NCBI RefSeq assembly: GCF_004010195.1
Contig: NC_057718.1
Coordinates: forward strand, 66,287,351-66,351,350
Reading direction: 5' to 3'
DNA from: Chiloscyllium plagiosum
Taxonomy: Eukaryota
DNA: 64,000 nucleotides
Shown: positions 1-12,408 of the stretch, piece after piece
Position numbering within the stretch: position 1 is the stretch's first letter
Layout: the number at the start of each line of letters is the position of its first letter
The notes under the pieces: generated by a model
What the model saw: the letters and a program-made list of their open reading frames with translations, nothing else
Database searches by the model: none
What the model was told of the DNA's origin: nothing
Program-made: the position numbers and the translations under genes

Positions 1-792
1 CACTGAGGGAGCGGAAGCTGTGGAACGCAAGGGTGGGGAGGAAAATATATCTTTGGGGTCTGATTGTAAAAAATAATGGAGAATAATGCACTGTATCTGG
101 AGATTAGTGGGGTGGAAAGTGAGGACCGGGGGGGGAGGTTTACCTTGTTGCAATTGGAGGAGTAGCGTTCAAGGGTTGAGGCGGGACGTGGAGATACGCT
201 GTTTGTTGATCACGTGGGAGGGGAAATTGCAGTCCTTGAAGTAGGCCATCTGGGATGTCCAGGTGTCTAATTTCTCCTTCTGACAACAGATACAGCAGAA
301 GCATTAGGAGTAAGGGATAATGTTTTTACAGAAGAGGGTGCAGGGGTTGGAGGAGGTGTAGTCCAGGTAGTGGGAGTCAGTGGGCAGGCATAGCTGGGGC
401 CCATGCAGGTGCCCATGGCTACCCCTCTGGTCTAAAGGAAGTGGGAGGATTTGAAGGAGAAGTTGTAAGGGTGAGGCCTAGTTCTGCCAATTGAATGTGT
501 GTTGGTGGAAGGGCACTGTTTGGGTTGGTGGGAGAGGAAAAAATGGAGGGCTTGAAGGCCTTTGCCAAAGGGGATGGATGTGTACAGGAACTTGGGTGTC
601 CATAGTGAAGATGAGGTATTGGGAGCTGATAACATAAAAGTCATTGAGGAAGTGGAGGATGTAGGTGGTGTCCCGAATGTATGTGGGGAGTTCCTGGACC
701 AAGGGGGACAAGATAGTGTCAAGACATGAAGAGACGTATGGTGGACAGGAACAGGCGAAGACATTAGGTCAACTAGGGCAGTCAGGTTTGTG
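1..792 (-). mobile_element. Penelope-like element (family A) reverse-transcriptase fragment, decayed, runs off the window start
   Basis: Minus-strand frames give PLVQELPTYIRDTT, IFTMD..LYTSIP and GVAMGTCMGPSYA, typical PLE RT motifs; frameshifted. Confidence 0.85.
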
Positions 793-794
793 AA

Positions 795-1770
795 GGATCG
801 GTGCTATAGGTCCACTATTTCATCATTTATATAAATGACTAGGATGTGAGCATAAGAGGTATAGTTCGTAAATTTGCAGATGACATCAAAATTGGAGAAG
901 GTTACCTCTGAGTACAACAGGATCTTGATCATATGGGCCAATGGGCTGAAAAGTGCAAGATGGAGTTTAATTCAGATAAATGTGAGGTGCTGCATTTTGG
1001 GAAAGCAAATCTTAGCAGGACTCTTACACTGAATGGTAAGATCCTAGGGAGTGTTGCTGAACAAAGAGACCTTGGAGTGCAGGTTCATAGCTCCTTGAAC
1101 GTGGAGTCACAGGTAGATAGGATGGTGAAGAAGGCACTTCATATGCTTGCCTTTATTGGTCAGAGTATTAAGTACAGGAGTTGGGATGTCATGTTGCAGC
1201 TGTACAGGTCATTGGTTAGGCCACTGTTGGAATATTGCATGCAATTCTGGTCTCCTTCCTATCGGAAAGATGTTGTGAAACTTGAAAGAGTTCAGAAAAG
1301 ATTTACAAGGATGTTGCCAGGGTTGGAGGATTTGAGCTATAGGGAGAGGCTGAATAGGCTGGTGCTGTTTTCTCTGGAGTGTCCGAGGCTGAGGGGTAAC
1401 CTTTATAGAAGTTTATAAAATCATGAGCGGCATGGATATGATAAATAGACAAGGTCTTTTCCCTGGGGTGGAGAGTCCAGAACTAGAGGGCATAGGTTTA
1501 GGATGAGAGGGGAAAGATATAAAAGAGACTTAAGGGGCAACTTTTTCACAGAGGGTGGTGCATGCATGGAATGAACTGCCAGAGGAAGTGGTGGAGACTA
1601 GCATAATTGCAACATTTTAAAAAGCATCTGGATGTGTATATGAATAGGAAAGGTTTGGAGGGATATGGCCAGGTGCTGGTAGGTGGGAGTAGATTGTGTT
1701 GGGATATCTGGTCGGCATGGACGAGTTGGACCGAAGGGTCTGTTTCCGTGCTGTACATCTCTATGACCGA
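795..1770 (+). mobile_element. CR1/HER1-type LINE 3' portion
   Basis: KFADD, W..EFN.DKCEVLHFG and LYRSLVRPLLEYC.QFWSP motifs (ORF 933-1418), followed by a 3' UTR hairpin and tctatga tail. Confidence 0.93.
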
Positions 1771-3405
1771 AAGGTTTATTGAGTTCTACAGCACGGAGAT
1801 AGGCCTTTTGGCCCAAACTGGTCTCTGCTGACCAAAACGTCCAGCAACATTAATGCCATTTCCATGCATATGGCCCATAAACTTTCCTATCCATGTATTT
1901 AGACCGTAAGACCATTAGACATAGGAGCAGAAATTAGGCCGTTCAATCATCGCTGATAAGTGTTTCAACCCCATTGTCCCACTTTCTCCCTGTAACCCTT
2001 GATACTCAAGAACCTATCTATCTCAGTCTTAAACATACTCAGTGACCTGACCACCACAGCCTTCTGTGGCAAATAATTCCATAGATTCACCACTTTCTCT
2101 CTGACTGAAGAAGTTTCTCTTTTTCTCCGTTCTAAAAGGTCTTCCTGTTACTGAGGCTGTGCCCTTGGGCCCGAGTCTTTCCCCCCAGTGGAAACATCTT
2201 CCCAACTTCTACTTTCTCCAGGCCATTCAGAATTCTGATTGTGTTAATTAGATCCCACTTCATCCTTCTAATTTCCATTGATTATAAACCCAAAGACCTC
2301 CACTGTACCTCATGTGAACCTTTTCATTCCTGGGACCATTCTCGTGAATCTCCTCTGAACACACTGCAGGGCCAGTATATCCTCAAAATATGGGACATAA
2401 AACTGCACAAATATGGTCTGACCAGAGCCTTTTAGAGCCTCAGAAGTACATACTTGCTTTCAAGTCCTCTCAAAATAAATGCCATCATTGCATTTGCCTT
2501 CCTAACTCCTGACTCAACCTACAAGTTTACCTTGAGATAATCCTGGACTAGGACTCCCATTGTCTTTGCACTTCAGACTTCTGAATTTTCTCCCCATTTA
2601 GAAAATAGTCCATGTCTCCTCCTCCTACCAAAATACATGACCTCTCACTTTCCTATGTTGTACTCAAATCTGCCACTCCTAACTAGTCTAAATCCTCTGC
2701 AGTCTCCCTGCCTCCTCAATGCTACCTGTCCTTCTACTTACGCTTGTATCATCCGCAAACCTAGCCAGAATGACCTCAGTTCCTTCATCTAGATTATTAA
2801 TGCATAAAGTGAAAATTTGTGGTCCCAACACAGCCTTGCAGAATGCCACTTGTCACTGGTTTCCATTCTAAGAAAGACCCTTTTATCTCCACTGTTTGGT
2901 TTCTGACTGACAGCCAAGCTTCCATCTGTGCTAACACCTTGCCTCTGACACCATCAGCCCTTATGTTACTCAGCAGCCTCCTGTGTGCTACCTTGTCAAA
3001 GGCCTTCTTGAAGCCCAGGTAGATAACATCCATTGGCTCTCCTTGGTCTAACTTGCTCATTACTTCCTCAAAGAATTCTAACAGATTTGTCAGGCATGAC
3101 CTCCCCTTGAGGAAAACATGCTGACTTTGTCTTATGTTGCCATACTTCAGAGTAATCAGAAATCTCATGCTTCACAATGGTATCTAGAATCTTATCCATG
3201 GCTGAGGTTAGGTTAATCGGTCTAATTTTCCATTTTTTGCCTTGTCAGGCATGACCTCCCCTTGAGGAAAACATGCTGACTTTACTCTGAAGTATGGCAA
3301 CATAAGACAATCAGAAATCTCATGCTTCACAATGGTATCTAGAATCTTATCCATGGCTGAGGTTAGGTTAATCGGTCTAATTTTCCATTTTTTGCCTTAT
3401 TCCCT

Positions 3406-5238
3406 TTGAGATCCCCTGCGGACGTTCCCCTCAGCAATAAGTATACCATTTTGGATACTGCTTGGGGGGGGGGGGGGAAGAATGTCCTACCAGAGGAAAG
3501 CCATAGCAGTCACTTCTCTGGCACTGAGCATGACCATGTGGCAAAGAAGGGAAGGGTGCAGAATAGAAAAGTACTCGTGGTAGGGGACTCGATAGTTAGG
3601 GGAATCGATAGGAGATTTTGTGGTCAGGATCGGGATTCCCGGAAAGTATGTTGCCTCCCTGGTGTCAGGGTCCGGGACGTCTCCGATCGGGTGCATAAGG
3701 TTCCAAAAGGGGAGGGCGAACAGCCAGAAATCGTGTTACATATTGGCACTAATGATATAGCCAGGAAAAGGATTGAGGATATAAAAAGTGATTTCAGGGA
3801 GTTAGGATGGAAGCTGCAAAGCAGGACGAACAGAGTAGTGTTCTCTAGTTTACTACTGGTGCCATGAGATAGCGAGGCGAGGAACAGGGAGCGGGCACAG
3901 CTTAACACGTGGCTGCGCAGCTGGTGTAGGAGGGAGAGCTTCAGATAAGTAGATAATTCGGATTTTCACTTTATGCATTAAAGTGGTCCAGGCCAGGCTG
4001 CTTTGGGAAACGAGAAATGCGATTGCTTTGCCACTTGCGAAGATCTTTGAATCCTCGCTCTCCTCTGGAGTCGTACCTGAGGACTGGAGAGAGGCAAATG
4101 TAATTCCCCTCTTCAAGAAAGGAAATATGGAAATCCCTGGCAATTACAGACCAGTAAGTCTCTTGTCTGTCGTCTGCAAGGTGTTAGAAAGGATTCTGAG
4201 GGATAGGATTTATGACCATCTGGAAGAGCATGGCTTGATTAAATGCAGTTAACACTGCTTTGAGGGGGGCAGGTCATGCCTCACAAACCTTATTGGGTTC
4301 TTTTGAGGATGTGACTAGAAAAGTTGATGAGGGTCGAGCTGTGGATGTGGTGTATATGAACTTCAGCAAGGCATTTGATAAGGTTCCCCATGGTAGGCTC
4401 ATTCAGAAGGTCAGGAGGAATGGGATACAGGAGAACTTAGCTGTCTGGATACAGAATTGGCTGGCCAACAGAAGACAGCGAGTGGTAGTAGAAGGAAAAT
4501 ATTCTGCCTGGAAGTCAGTGGTGAGTGGTGTTCCACAGGGCTCTGTCCTTGGGCCCCTATTGTTTGTAATTTTTATTAATGACTTAGATGAGGGGATTGA
4601 AGGATGGGTCAGCAAGGTAGCAGATGACACAAAGGTTGGAGGTGTCGTTGACAGTATAGAGGGCTGTTGTAGGCTACAGTGGGACATTGACAGGATGCAG
4701 AGATGGGCTGAGAGGTGGCAGATGGAGTTCAACCTGGATAAATGCGAGGTGATGCATTTTGGAAGGTCGAATTTGAAAGCTGAGTACAGGATTAAGGATA
4801 GGACTCTTGGCAGTGTGGNNNNNNNNNNNNNNNNNNNNNNNNNNNNNNNNNNNNNNNNNNNNNNNNNNNNNNNNNNNNNNNNNNNNNGAGGAGGAGAGGG
4901 GACCTAATTGAGGTACACAAGATAATGAGAGGCATAGATAGAGTCGATAGCCAGAGATAATTCCCAGGGCAGAAATGGCTAACACGAGGGGTCATAGTTT
5001 TAAGCTGATTGGAGGAAAGTATAGAGGGGATGTCAGAGGTGGGTTCTTTACACCGAGTTGTGAGAGCATGGAATGTGTTGCCAGCAGCAGTTGTGGAAGC
5101 AAGGTCATTGGGGACATTTAAGAGACTACTGGACATACATATGGTCACAGAGATTTGAGGGTGCATACATGAGGATCAATGGTCGGCACAACATCGTGGG
5201 CTGAAGGGCCTGTTCTGTGCTGAATTGTTCTATGTTCT
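3406..5238 (+). mobile_element. Internally deleted CR1 LINE: ORF1 SGNH/GDSL esterase fragment joined to an ORF2 RT fragment
   Basis: ORF 3406-3867 has VLVVGDSIVRG..CCLPG..VLHIGTND (SGNH blocks). ORFs 3983-4907 have NYRPVSL and GVPQGSVLGPLLF..ADDT. ttctatg tail at about 5238. Confidence 0.92.
4819..4887. other. Assembly gap (N run)
   Basis: Run of N inside a CR1 copy. Confidence 1.
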
Positions 5239-5779
5239 AAACAGGGGTATCACGTTAACTATTTTCCAGTCCTCTTGGACCCTCCCTGATTCTAGTGATT
5301 CCTGAAAGATCACTAATGCCTAAAATTTCTTTTATAACTCTGAGACATAGTCCATCTGGTCCAGGTGATATATCCACCTTCAGGCCATTCAGTTTTTATA
5401 GCACCTTCTCCTTGGTGATGGCCACCATACTCAGCTCTGCCCCTCACTCTCTTGAATATTTGGGATATCACTTCTGTCTTCACTCTGAAGACCGATGCAA
5501 AATAATTATTCAGATCCTCAGCCACTTCTTTGTTCCCCACTAGTGTCAGTCAAGCATCATTTTCCAGTGGCCCGATGTCGACTTTTGCCTCTCTTTTGCT
5601 CTTTATATATCTAAAGAAACTCTCTTTTTCGTCTTCCTTTTAATATTACTGGCCAGCTTACCCTTATTTAATCTTCCTCATTTCTTTTTTTTCTTTTGTT
5701 GCCCTCTGTTGGCCTATGTAAGCTTCCCAATCCTCTGGTTTCCTATTGCCCTTCGCCATACTATATGCTTTCTCTTCTG

Positions 5780-8700
5780 TTCTTGTTCAAATGCCTTTTA
5801 AATTTTGTTAATGTACTCGCCTCAACGACTTCTGCTGGTAGCTCATTCCATATGTGTGCCACGCTCTTTTTTTTTTAAAAAAAGCCCCTCAGGTTCCCTT
5901 TTATTTTTTTCCTCTCTAACCTTTAAACTGTTGCCCTCTCGTGCTTGACACCCCAACCCTGGGGAAGAAAATTATGTGCATTCACCCTATCCATGCCTCT
6001 GTTCTTATTTACCTCTATAAGATTCCACTCCACCTCCATCTCAGTCATCTGCTCTCTAAAGAATTAAGTCCTAGCTTGTCCAACCTCTCCCTTTAATTCA
6101 GAGTCTTGAGTCCTGGCAACACCCTTGTAAATTTCTTCCATACTCTTTCCAGTTTAATAACATCCTTCCTAAAACAGGGTGACCAAAACTGGACACAATA
6201 CTCCAGGTGCAGTCTCACAAACATCCTTACAAATGCAACATAACTTCCCAACTTCTATACTCAGTGCCCTGACTAATGAAAGCCAGTGTGCCAAAAGCCT
6301 TTTTCACTGCCCTGTCGACCTGTGGCTATACTTTCAGAGAACCATGCATCTGAACTCCAAGGTCCCTCTGTTCCACTACACTCCTTAAGGCCCTACCATT
6401 CACCATGAAACTCCTACCTTGATTTGACTTTGCAAAATGGAAGACCTCACACGTATCTATATTAAATTCCATTTGCCATTTCTCAGCCCACTTCCCCAGC
6501 TGATCAAGGTCCTGCTACAATTTCTGATAACCTTCCTCACTGTCCACAATACCGCCTATTTTCGTGTCATCTGCAAACTTACTAATCATGCCTTGTATAT
6601 TCTCATCCAAATCATTGATATAGATAACAAACAGCAATGGGCCCAGCACTGACGTGAGGCACTCCACTAGTCACAGACCTCTAGTCTGACAAGCATCCTT
6701 CCACTATTACCCTGTTTCCTACCATTGAGCCAATTGTGTAACCAATTTGCCAGCTCCCCCAGATTCCATGCGATCTAATCTTCCAGAGCAGCATACCATG
6801 TGGAACCTTATTAAAGGCCTTACTGAAATCCATATAGACTACCATCTACCACCCTGCCCTCATCAACCTTCCTGGTCACTTCATTAAAGGACTCTAACAA
6901 ATTTGTGAGGGATAATCTCCCAAGCACAAAGACATGCTGACTAATCAAAATCAAACCCAGAATTCTTAGCAGAGGCAGTAATGCAGAGACTCTAACAAAC
7001 AGCTCTGCCAACCATCCAACCAAAACTTTGGGTCCGCTACATGGATGACACCTTCATCATCACCAAACAAAACAAATTAGAGGAAACCTTCAAGACCATC
7101 AACTATACCCTTACTGGCGCAAAATTCACTAAAGAGATGGAAAACAACAAAAAAAACTATCATTCCTAGATGGCGCAGTAGAGTGAACAGCCAATGGGGA
7201 GCTTCAAACCAGTGTCGACAGGAAAACAACACATACTGACCAAATACTGAACTACAGAAGCAATCATCCCAACACCCACAAGCTAAGCTGCATTAAAACA
7301 TTATTTCAATGAGCCACCACACAGTGCAGCACAGGGGAACTATGCAGAATAGAGGAAAATCACCTATACAGTATATTCAAAAAGAACAAGTAACCAGTGA
7401 ACACAGTCCGCCAATTTCTCAGCAACAAACCCAAACACATGTCCAGAAACCCTAGCCACTCTTCCCCAACATCAAAGACATCTCGGAAATGACTGCCAGA
7501 CTACTCCGATCTCTAGGCCACAAGCCCACCAACACACTAAAACAGCAGCAAATGAACTTGAAAGACCCTATACAGATAACAAGCAAAACTAATGTCATTT
7601 ACAAAATACCTTGCAAGGATTGCAACAAACAGGCAGAAAACTAACCACCAGTAAACATTAACATCAACTAGCCACAAAAAGACACGACCCACTCTTACTA
7701 GTATCCACGCGTACAGATGAGGAAGGACACCACTTGGACTGGGATAACACATCCATCCTAGGACAAGCCAAACAGACATGCATGAGAGTTCCTAGAAGCA
7801 TAGCATTCCACCTGGAACTCTATCAACAAACACATTGACTTGGATCCCATTTACCACTCTTTGAGAAAGAGAACAGGAAATGACACCACCACAGGAAATG
7901 ATGTCACCAATCCAAGGAAACCTAAACACATAAATAGAAAGTGGGCCATGTCACCCGCGCTTCATCTGGAAGCTCACTGATGTTACCTAGTACGGTGATG
8001 AAATGTCTGAAATGTCCAGCTCAGTGAGTAGACCTACATCCAAGCCCTGTCTTTCCAAATGCATGTCTACTTCTCTCCGAATCTTCTCAAGTAACGTACC
8101 GATTACAGATGGCAGGCTTACTGATCTACAGTTCCCAGGTTTTTCTTTGCAGCCCTTCTTGAATAAGGGTACAACGTTCGCTACCCTCTAGTATTCCGAG
8201 ACCTCACCTGTGGCTGATGACGTAAAAACATTTTCATTTCTAGTCTTCTGCAGTGTTCTTGGATGTATCTCATTGGACCAGCAGATTTATCCACTTCCAC
8301 ACATTCTAATACATCCAATACCAACTCTACTGTGATATGGACTGTTTCCAAGGTATGCCATTAGCTTCCCCAAGTTCCCAAGTTTTCATGTCTGTCTCCA
8401 TGGGAAGAGGAGGAATATTAATTGGGGAACTTGTCCATCACCAGTGGTATTCTCATTCCATGTCCACTTTGATCCTTGAACGCTAATGAATCACTGGTTA
8501 TTTTTCCTTAGATATACTTAACAAACCTCTTCTCAAGCAAGGCTATCTTGTGCCCCCTTGACACCCTCCTGATTGCTGCCTTCAGTAAACTCATGTATCC
8601 CCTACATACCTTCAGGGATTCCCTATATCCCAACTGCCTGTACTTGAGCCATATCTTTTTTTTTCTGGTCAAAGCTTCAATATCTCTTGTCATCCAGGGT

Positions 8701-9035
8701 TCTCTATTCCTGTTAACCTTATCTTTTACCCCCTCAGCAACATATAGACCTTGAGCTCTATCTCAATCACACTTTTGAAGGCTTCCCACTTGCTAGTGGT
8801 TCCTTTGCCTGTAAACAATCAACCCTTGCAAAGTCCTGTCTAATTCCATGAAAGTTGCCTCAATTTAGAACTTGAACCTGTGGACTAGTTTTGTCCCATA
8901 ACTATTTTAAAATGAATAGAACTTTGATCATTGGTCCCAAGTGCTCCCCCACTGCAATCTGTCAGCTGTCCTGTCTTGTTCTGTTTCCCAAGAGTAGGTT
9001 GGGTTTTGCCCCTTCCCACATAGAACCCTCTATAT
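5780..9035 (-). mobile_element. CR1 LINE (RT plus part of the endonuclease region), split by a PLE at 6959-8040
   Basis: Reverse complement of CR1 RT motifs (LTNLLESFNEVTRKVDEGR in ORF 6820-7023); continues after 8040. Confidence 0.85.
6959..8040 (+). mobile_element. Penelope-like element (family B), 5'-truncated: RT C-terminus, GIY-YIG region and pseudo-LTR
   Basis: PKLWVRYMDDTF at about 7020-7055, KTNVIYKIPCKDC at about 7585, degenerate hammerhead at about 7977-8007. Confidence 0.9.
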
Positions 9036-9039
9036 ACAG

Positions 9040-9385
9040 GATAATACTGAGGAAATGTTTCCTATTATTGGAAAATCTAGTAATCAAGAGCATTGTCTCA
9101 GAATTAAGGGGTGGCAATTTAACATTGAATTGGGGAGGAATTTCTTCTGAGGGTTGAGTCTTTCGAACTCCTTGCCACAGAGCTGTGGGGCAGTTCTTCT
9201 AAGGCTGAGATAGATAGAATCTTGATCAGTAGGGGAATCGAGGATTATGGGAAACTACAGAAAAGTGGACATGAGGGATATAAGATTAACCATGATCATT
9301 TTGAATGGCGGAGTAGACTTTGGGGGAGTGGGGAGAGGGGTTGGGGGCAGATAGCTGACACTTGTTCCCATTTCTTATTAGTTTT
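9040..9385 (+). mobile_element. Decayed CR1 3' end
   Basis: Similar to the 3' UTR of the CR1 copy ending near 42790. Confidence 0.65.
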
Positions 9386-10463
9386 CTCTAAAGTTTTGAG
9401 TTACCTGGGTCAGGTCAGGTTTGTATGCACAATAGTAGATATCAGTTCCTCTCTCTTGTTATGGGCTTACAAGCTACGAACAAATTGTCAATTGCAGTTG
9501 AAGGCATTAAGAGCTGAGGAATTGATTTGCATGAACAGTATCAAAGTTTGTGTGTTGGGAGGAAATGTGACTTGTGGTAACATAGCGTTTCTAGAAATTG
9601 TTTGATCAAATTTTTAAGAGCAGGAATTTTAATTTTCCAGCACTTAACAAAGTTGGCCTTGTTTTTCCCTTTCTACTTGGTTGTGTGGTTGAGGCATGGG
9701 GAATATGATTGTGTAGAAATGATACAGATATGCAGGAATGGTTTGGTAGACTAGTTGACCTTTTTGCCTTCATTAATTCATACCTTCTCTATGTTGCTCG
9801 TGGCAACCACTGAGGGGGAAGAAATGGATGTTAGGAAAAGCAGGCCTTTAATTCTGCATACTCCAGAGAGTCTGATGTGATCCAGGGAAGCCCATTGCAT
9901 GACCTGAAACTCTGATTTCATTCTAAAAGAAGGTAAGATAGAGGTGATAGACAAATAGAGTAGTCCAAAAACACTCTTGTGAAAATTGTGAAGCCATCAG
10001 CCCAGGACTTGCAATAGGCTGAAAACACGTGTACAGTTGCGTATGCAAATTCCAACTAATCTTCATGCCAGGGCCTTGGTAACGTCTAGCTCTGTTAACC
10101 GTTAGTTGGTCAAATGGGTTGCCTAATCAGTAGATTTGGCGGAACACTTGCAGGATGGTTACTGTTAGCAAATCGATGATTCTAGCTCTTTAGTGAGGCA
10201 TTTTTGAAAGATGTTTTGATTAATTTCTAGTGTCATAGAGATGTACAGCATGGAAACAGACCCTTCGGTCCAACTTGCCCATGCTGACCAGATATCCTAA
10301 CCTAATCTAGTCCCACTTGGATTTATAATCACCCAAAGAGGAATAAGTTGATTATGGATAGTCAACACTGTTTTGTGAAGGGTAGGTCATACCTCTCGAG
10401 CATTATTGAGTTCTTTGAGATGGTGACCAAACAGATAGAAAAGGGTGAAGCTGTTGATATGGT

Positions 10464-10826
10464 TTAGGGTGTAGGTTTGCTCGCTGAGCTGTATGTTTGA
10501 TATCCAGACGTTTCATTACCTGGCTAGATAACATCATCAGTGGCGACCTCCAAGTGAAGCGAAGCTGTTGTCTCCTGCTTTCTATTATATCTTTCTCCTG
10601 GATGGGGTTTGTGGTGAAGTCATTTCTTGTTCATTTTCTGAGGAGTTGATAGATGGCATCTAGATCTATGTGTTTGTTTATGGCGTTGTGGTTGGAGTGC
10701 CAGGCCTCTAGGTATTCTCTGGCATGTCTTTGCTTAGCCTGTCCTAGGATAGAAGTGTAGTCTCAGTGGTTTTTTTCATCCGTGTGTAGGGCTACGAGGG
10801 AGAGAGGGTTGTGTCTTTTTGTGGCT
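10464..10826 (-). mobile_element. PLE family B 3' fragment with 15-bp TSD
   Basis: TSD agctgttgatatggt at 10449-10463 and 10827-10841; sequence homologous to the reverse complement of about 12030-12408. Confidence 0.9.
10507..10540 (-). ncRNA. Minimal hammerhead ribozyme motif (PLE family B)
   Basis: Reverse complement reads CUGAUGA-U-GUUAUC-uagcca-GGUAAU-GAAACGUC. Confidence 0.75.
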
Positions 10827-11349
10827 AGCTGTTGATATGGTGTATATGGATTTCAGTAAGGTGTTTGCAAAGGTTCCCCATGGTAGGCTACTGCACAAAA
10901 TATGGAGGCATGGGATTGAGGGTGATTTAATGGTTTGGATCAGAAAATGGCTAGCTGAAAGAAGACCGACCACAAGGATCTGTTTTGGGTCCACTGCAGT
11001 TTCATTTTTATGAATGACCTGGATGAGAGCATAGAAGGATGGGTTAGTAAATTTGCAGATGACACGACGGTCGGTACAGTTGTGGATAGTACTGAAGGAT
11101 GTTGAAGGTTACAGAGGGACATAAGCTGCAGAGCTGGGCTGAGAGGTAGCAAATGGAGTTTTAATGCAGAAAAGTGAGAGGTGATTCACTTTGGAAGGAG
11201 TAACAGGAATGTAGAGTACATGGCTAATGGTAAGATTCTTTGTAGTGTAGATGAGCAGAGAGTTCTCAATGTCCATGTCCGTAGATCCCTAAAAGTTGCA
11301 ACCGAGATTGATAGAACTGTTAACTTTTAACACGCCATATGCCTCCTAA

Positions 11350-12408
11350 TTTGTGAGCTTTGAGAAGATTTGTAGCTCAGGTGGAGGTTTTGGATGCAGG
11401 TTTGCTTACAGAGCTTGGAGGTTCATTTCCAGACGTTTCATTACCTTACTAGGTAACCTCTTCAGTGGGCCTCACGCGAAGCAAAGCTGAAAATTCCTGC
11501 TTTCTTATTTATATGTTTGGGTTTCTTTGGGTTGATGTCATTTCTTGTGGGGAACTTCAATCCAGCGTCTACAGAAAAACAACACATACAGACCAAATAT
11601 TGAACTACAGAGCAATCATCCCAATACCCACAAACGAAGCTGCATCAGAACATTATTTCGATAAGCCAGCACACACTGCAGCACAGAGGAACTACTCAGA
11701 GCAGAGGAAAATCACCTATACCGTGTATTCAAAAAGAATGGGTACCCAGTGAACACAGTCCCGCCGATTTTTCAGCAGACAAAACGTATCCAGAAACCCT
11801 ACCCACACTCCCCTACAACAAAGTCATCTCGGAAATGACTGCCAGACTACTCCGACCCCTTGGCATCATGGTAGCCCACAAACCCACCAACACACTAAAA
11901 CAGCAGCTAATGAACTTGAAAGACCCTATACAGACAATGAGCAAAACTAATGTCATTTACAAAATACTGTGCAAAACACTACATTGGACAAACAAGCAGA
12001 AAACTAGCCACCAGGATACATGAACATCAACTAGCCACAAAAAGACATGACCCTCCCTCACTAGTATTACGGATGAGGGAGGATACCACTGCAACTGGGA
12101 CAATACATCCATCTGAGGACAAGCCAAACAAAGACACGCACAAGAATTCCTAGAAGCATGGCATTCCAACCGGAACTCTATCAACAAACCCCATCTACCA
12201 CCCCTTGAGAAAAGGAACAGGAAGTGACTTCATCACAGGAAATAACATCACAGGAAATGACATCACCAACCCAAAGAAACACAAACATATGAATAGAAAG
12301 CAGGAATTTTCAGCATTGCTTTACCTGAGGCCCACTGAAGTTGTTACCTAGTAAGGTAATGAAACGTCTGGAAATGAACCTCCAAGCTCTGCGAGCAAAC
12401 CTGCATCC
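11350..12408 (+). mobile_element. PLE family B with inverted pseudo-LTR at its 5' side
   Basis: About 11393-11547 is the reverse complement of about 12250-12408. Internal GIY-YIG text NVIYKI..KHYIGQTSRKLATRIHEH (11835-12153). Confidence 0.9.
11432..11465 (-). ncRNA. Minimal hammerhead ribozyme motif (PLE family B)
   Basis: Reverse complement reads CUGAAGA-G-GUUACC-uaguaa-GGUAAU-GAAACGUC, with cca/ugg stem I. Confidence 0.78.

Larger units (their letters stand above)
1900..5780 (-). mobile_element. Older CR1 LINE, interrupted by a younger CR1 at 3406-5238
   Basis: ORF 2797-3168 has GRSCLTNLLEFFEEV..DVIYL.F.KAFDKV; the minus-strand sequence resumes at about 5239. Confidence 0.88.

Noticed and set aside
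9867..9932. Exon-like segment (ctccag ... aag|gtaaga)
   Set aside because: All three frames contain stops. It could only be a non-coding exon and has no other support.
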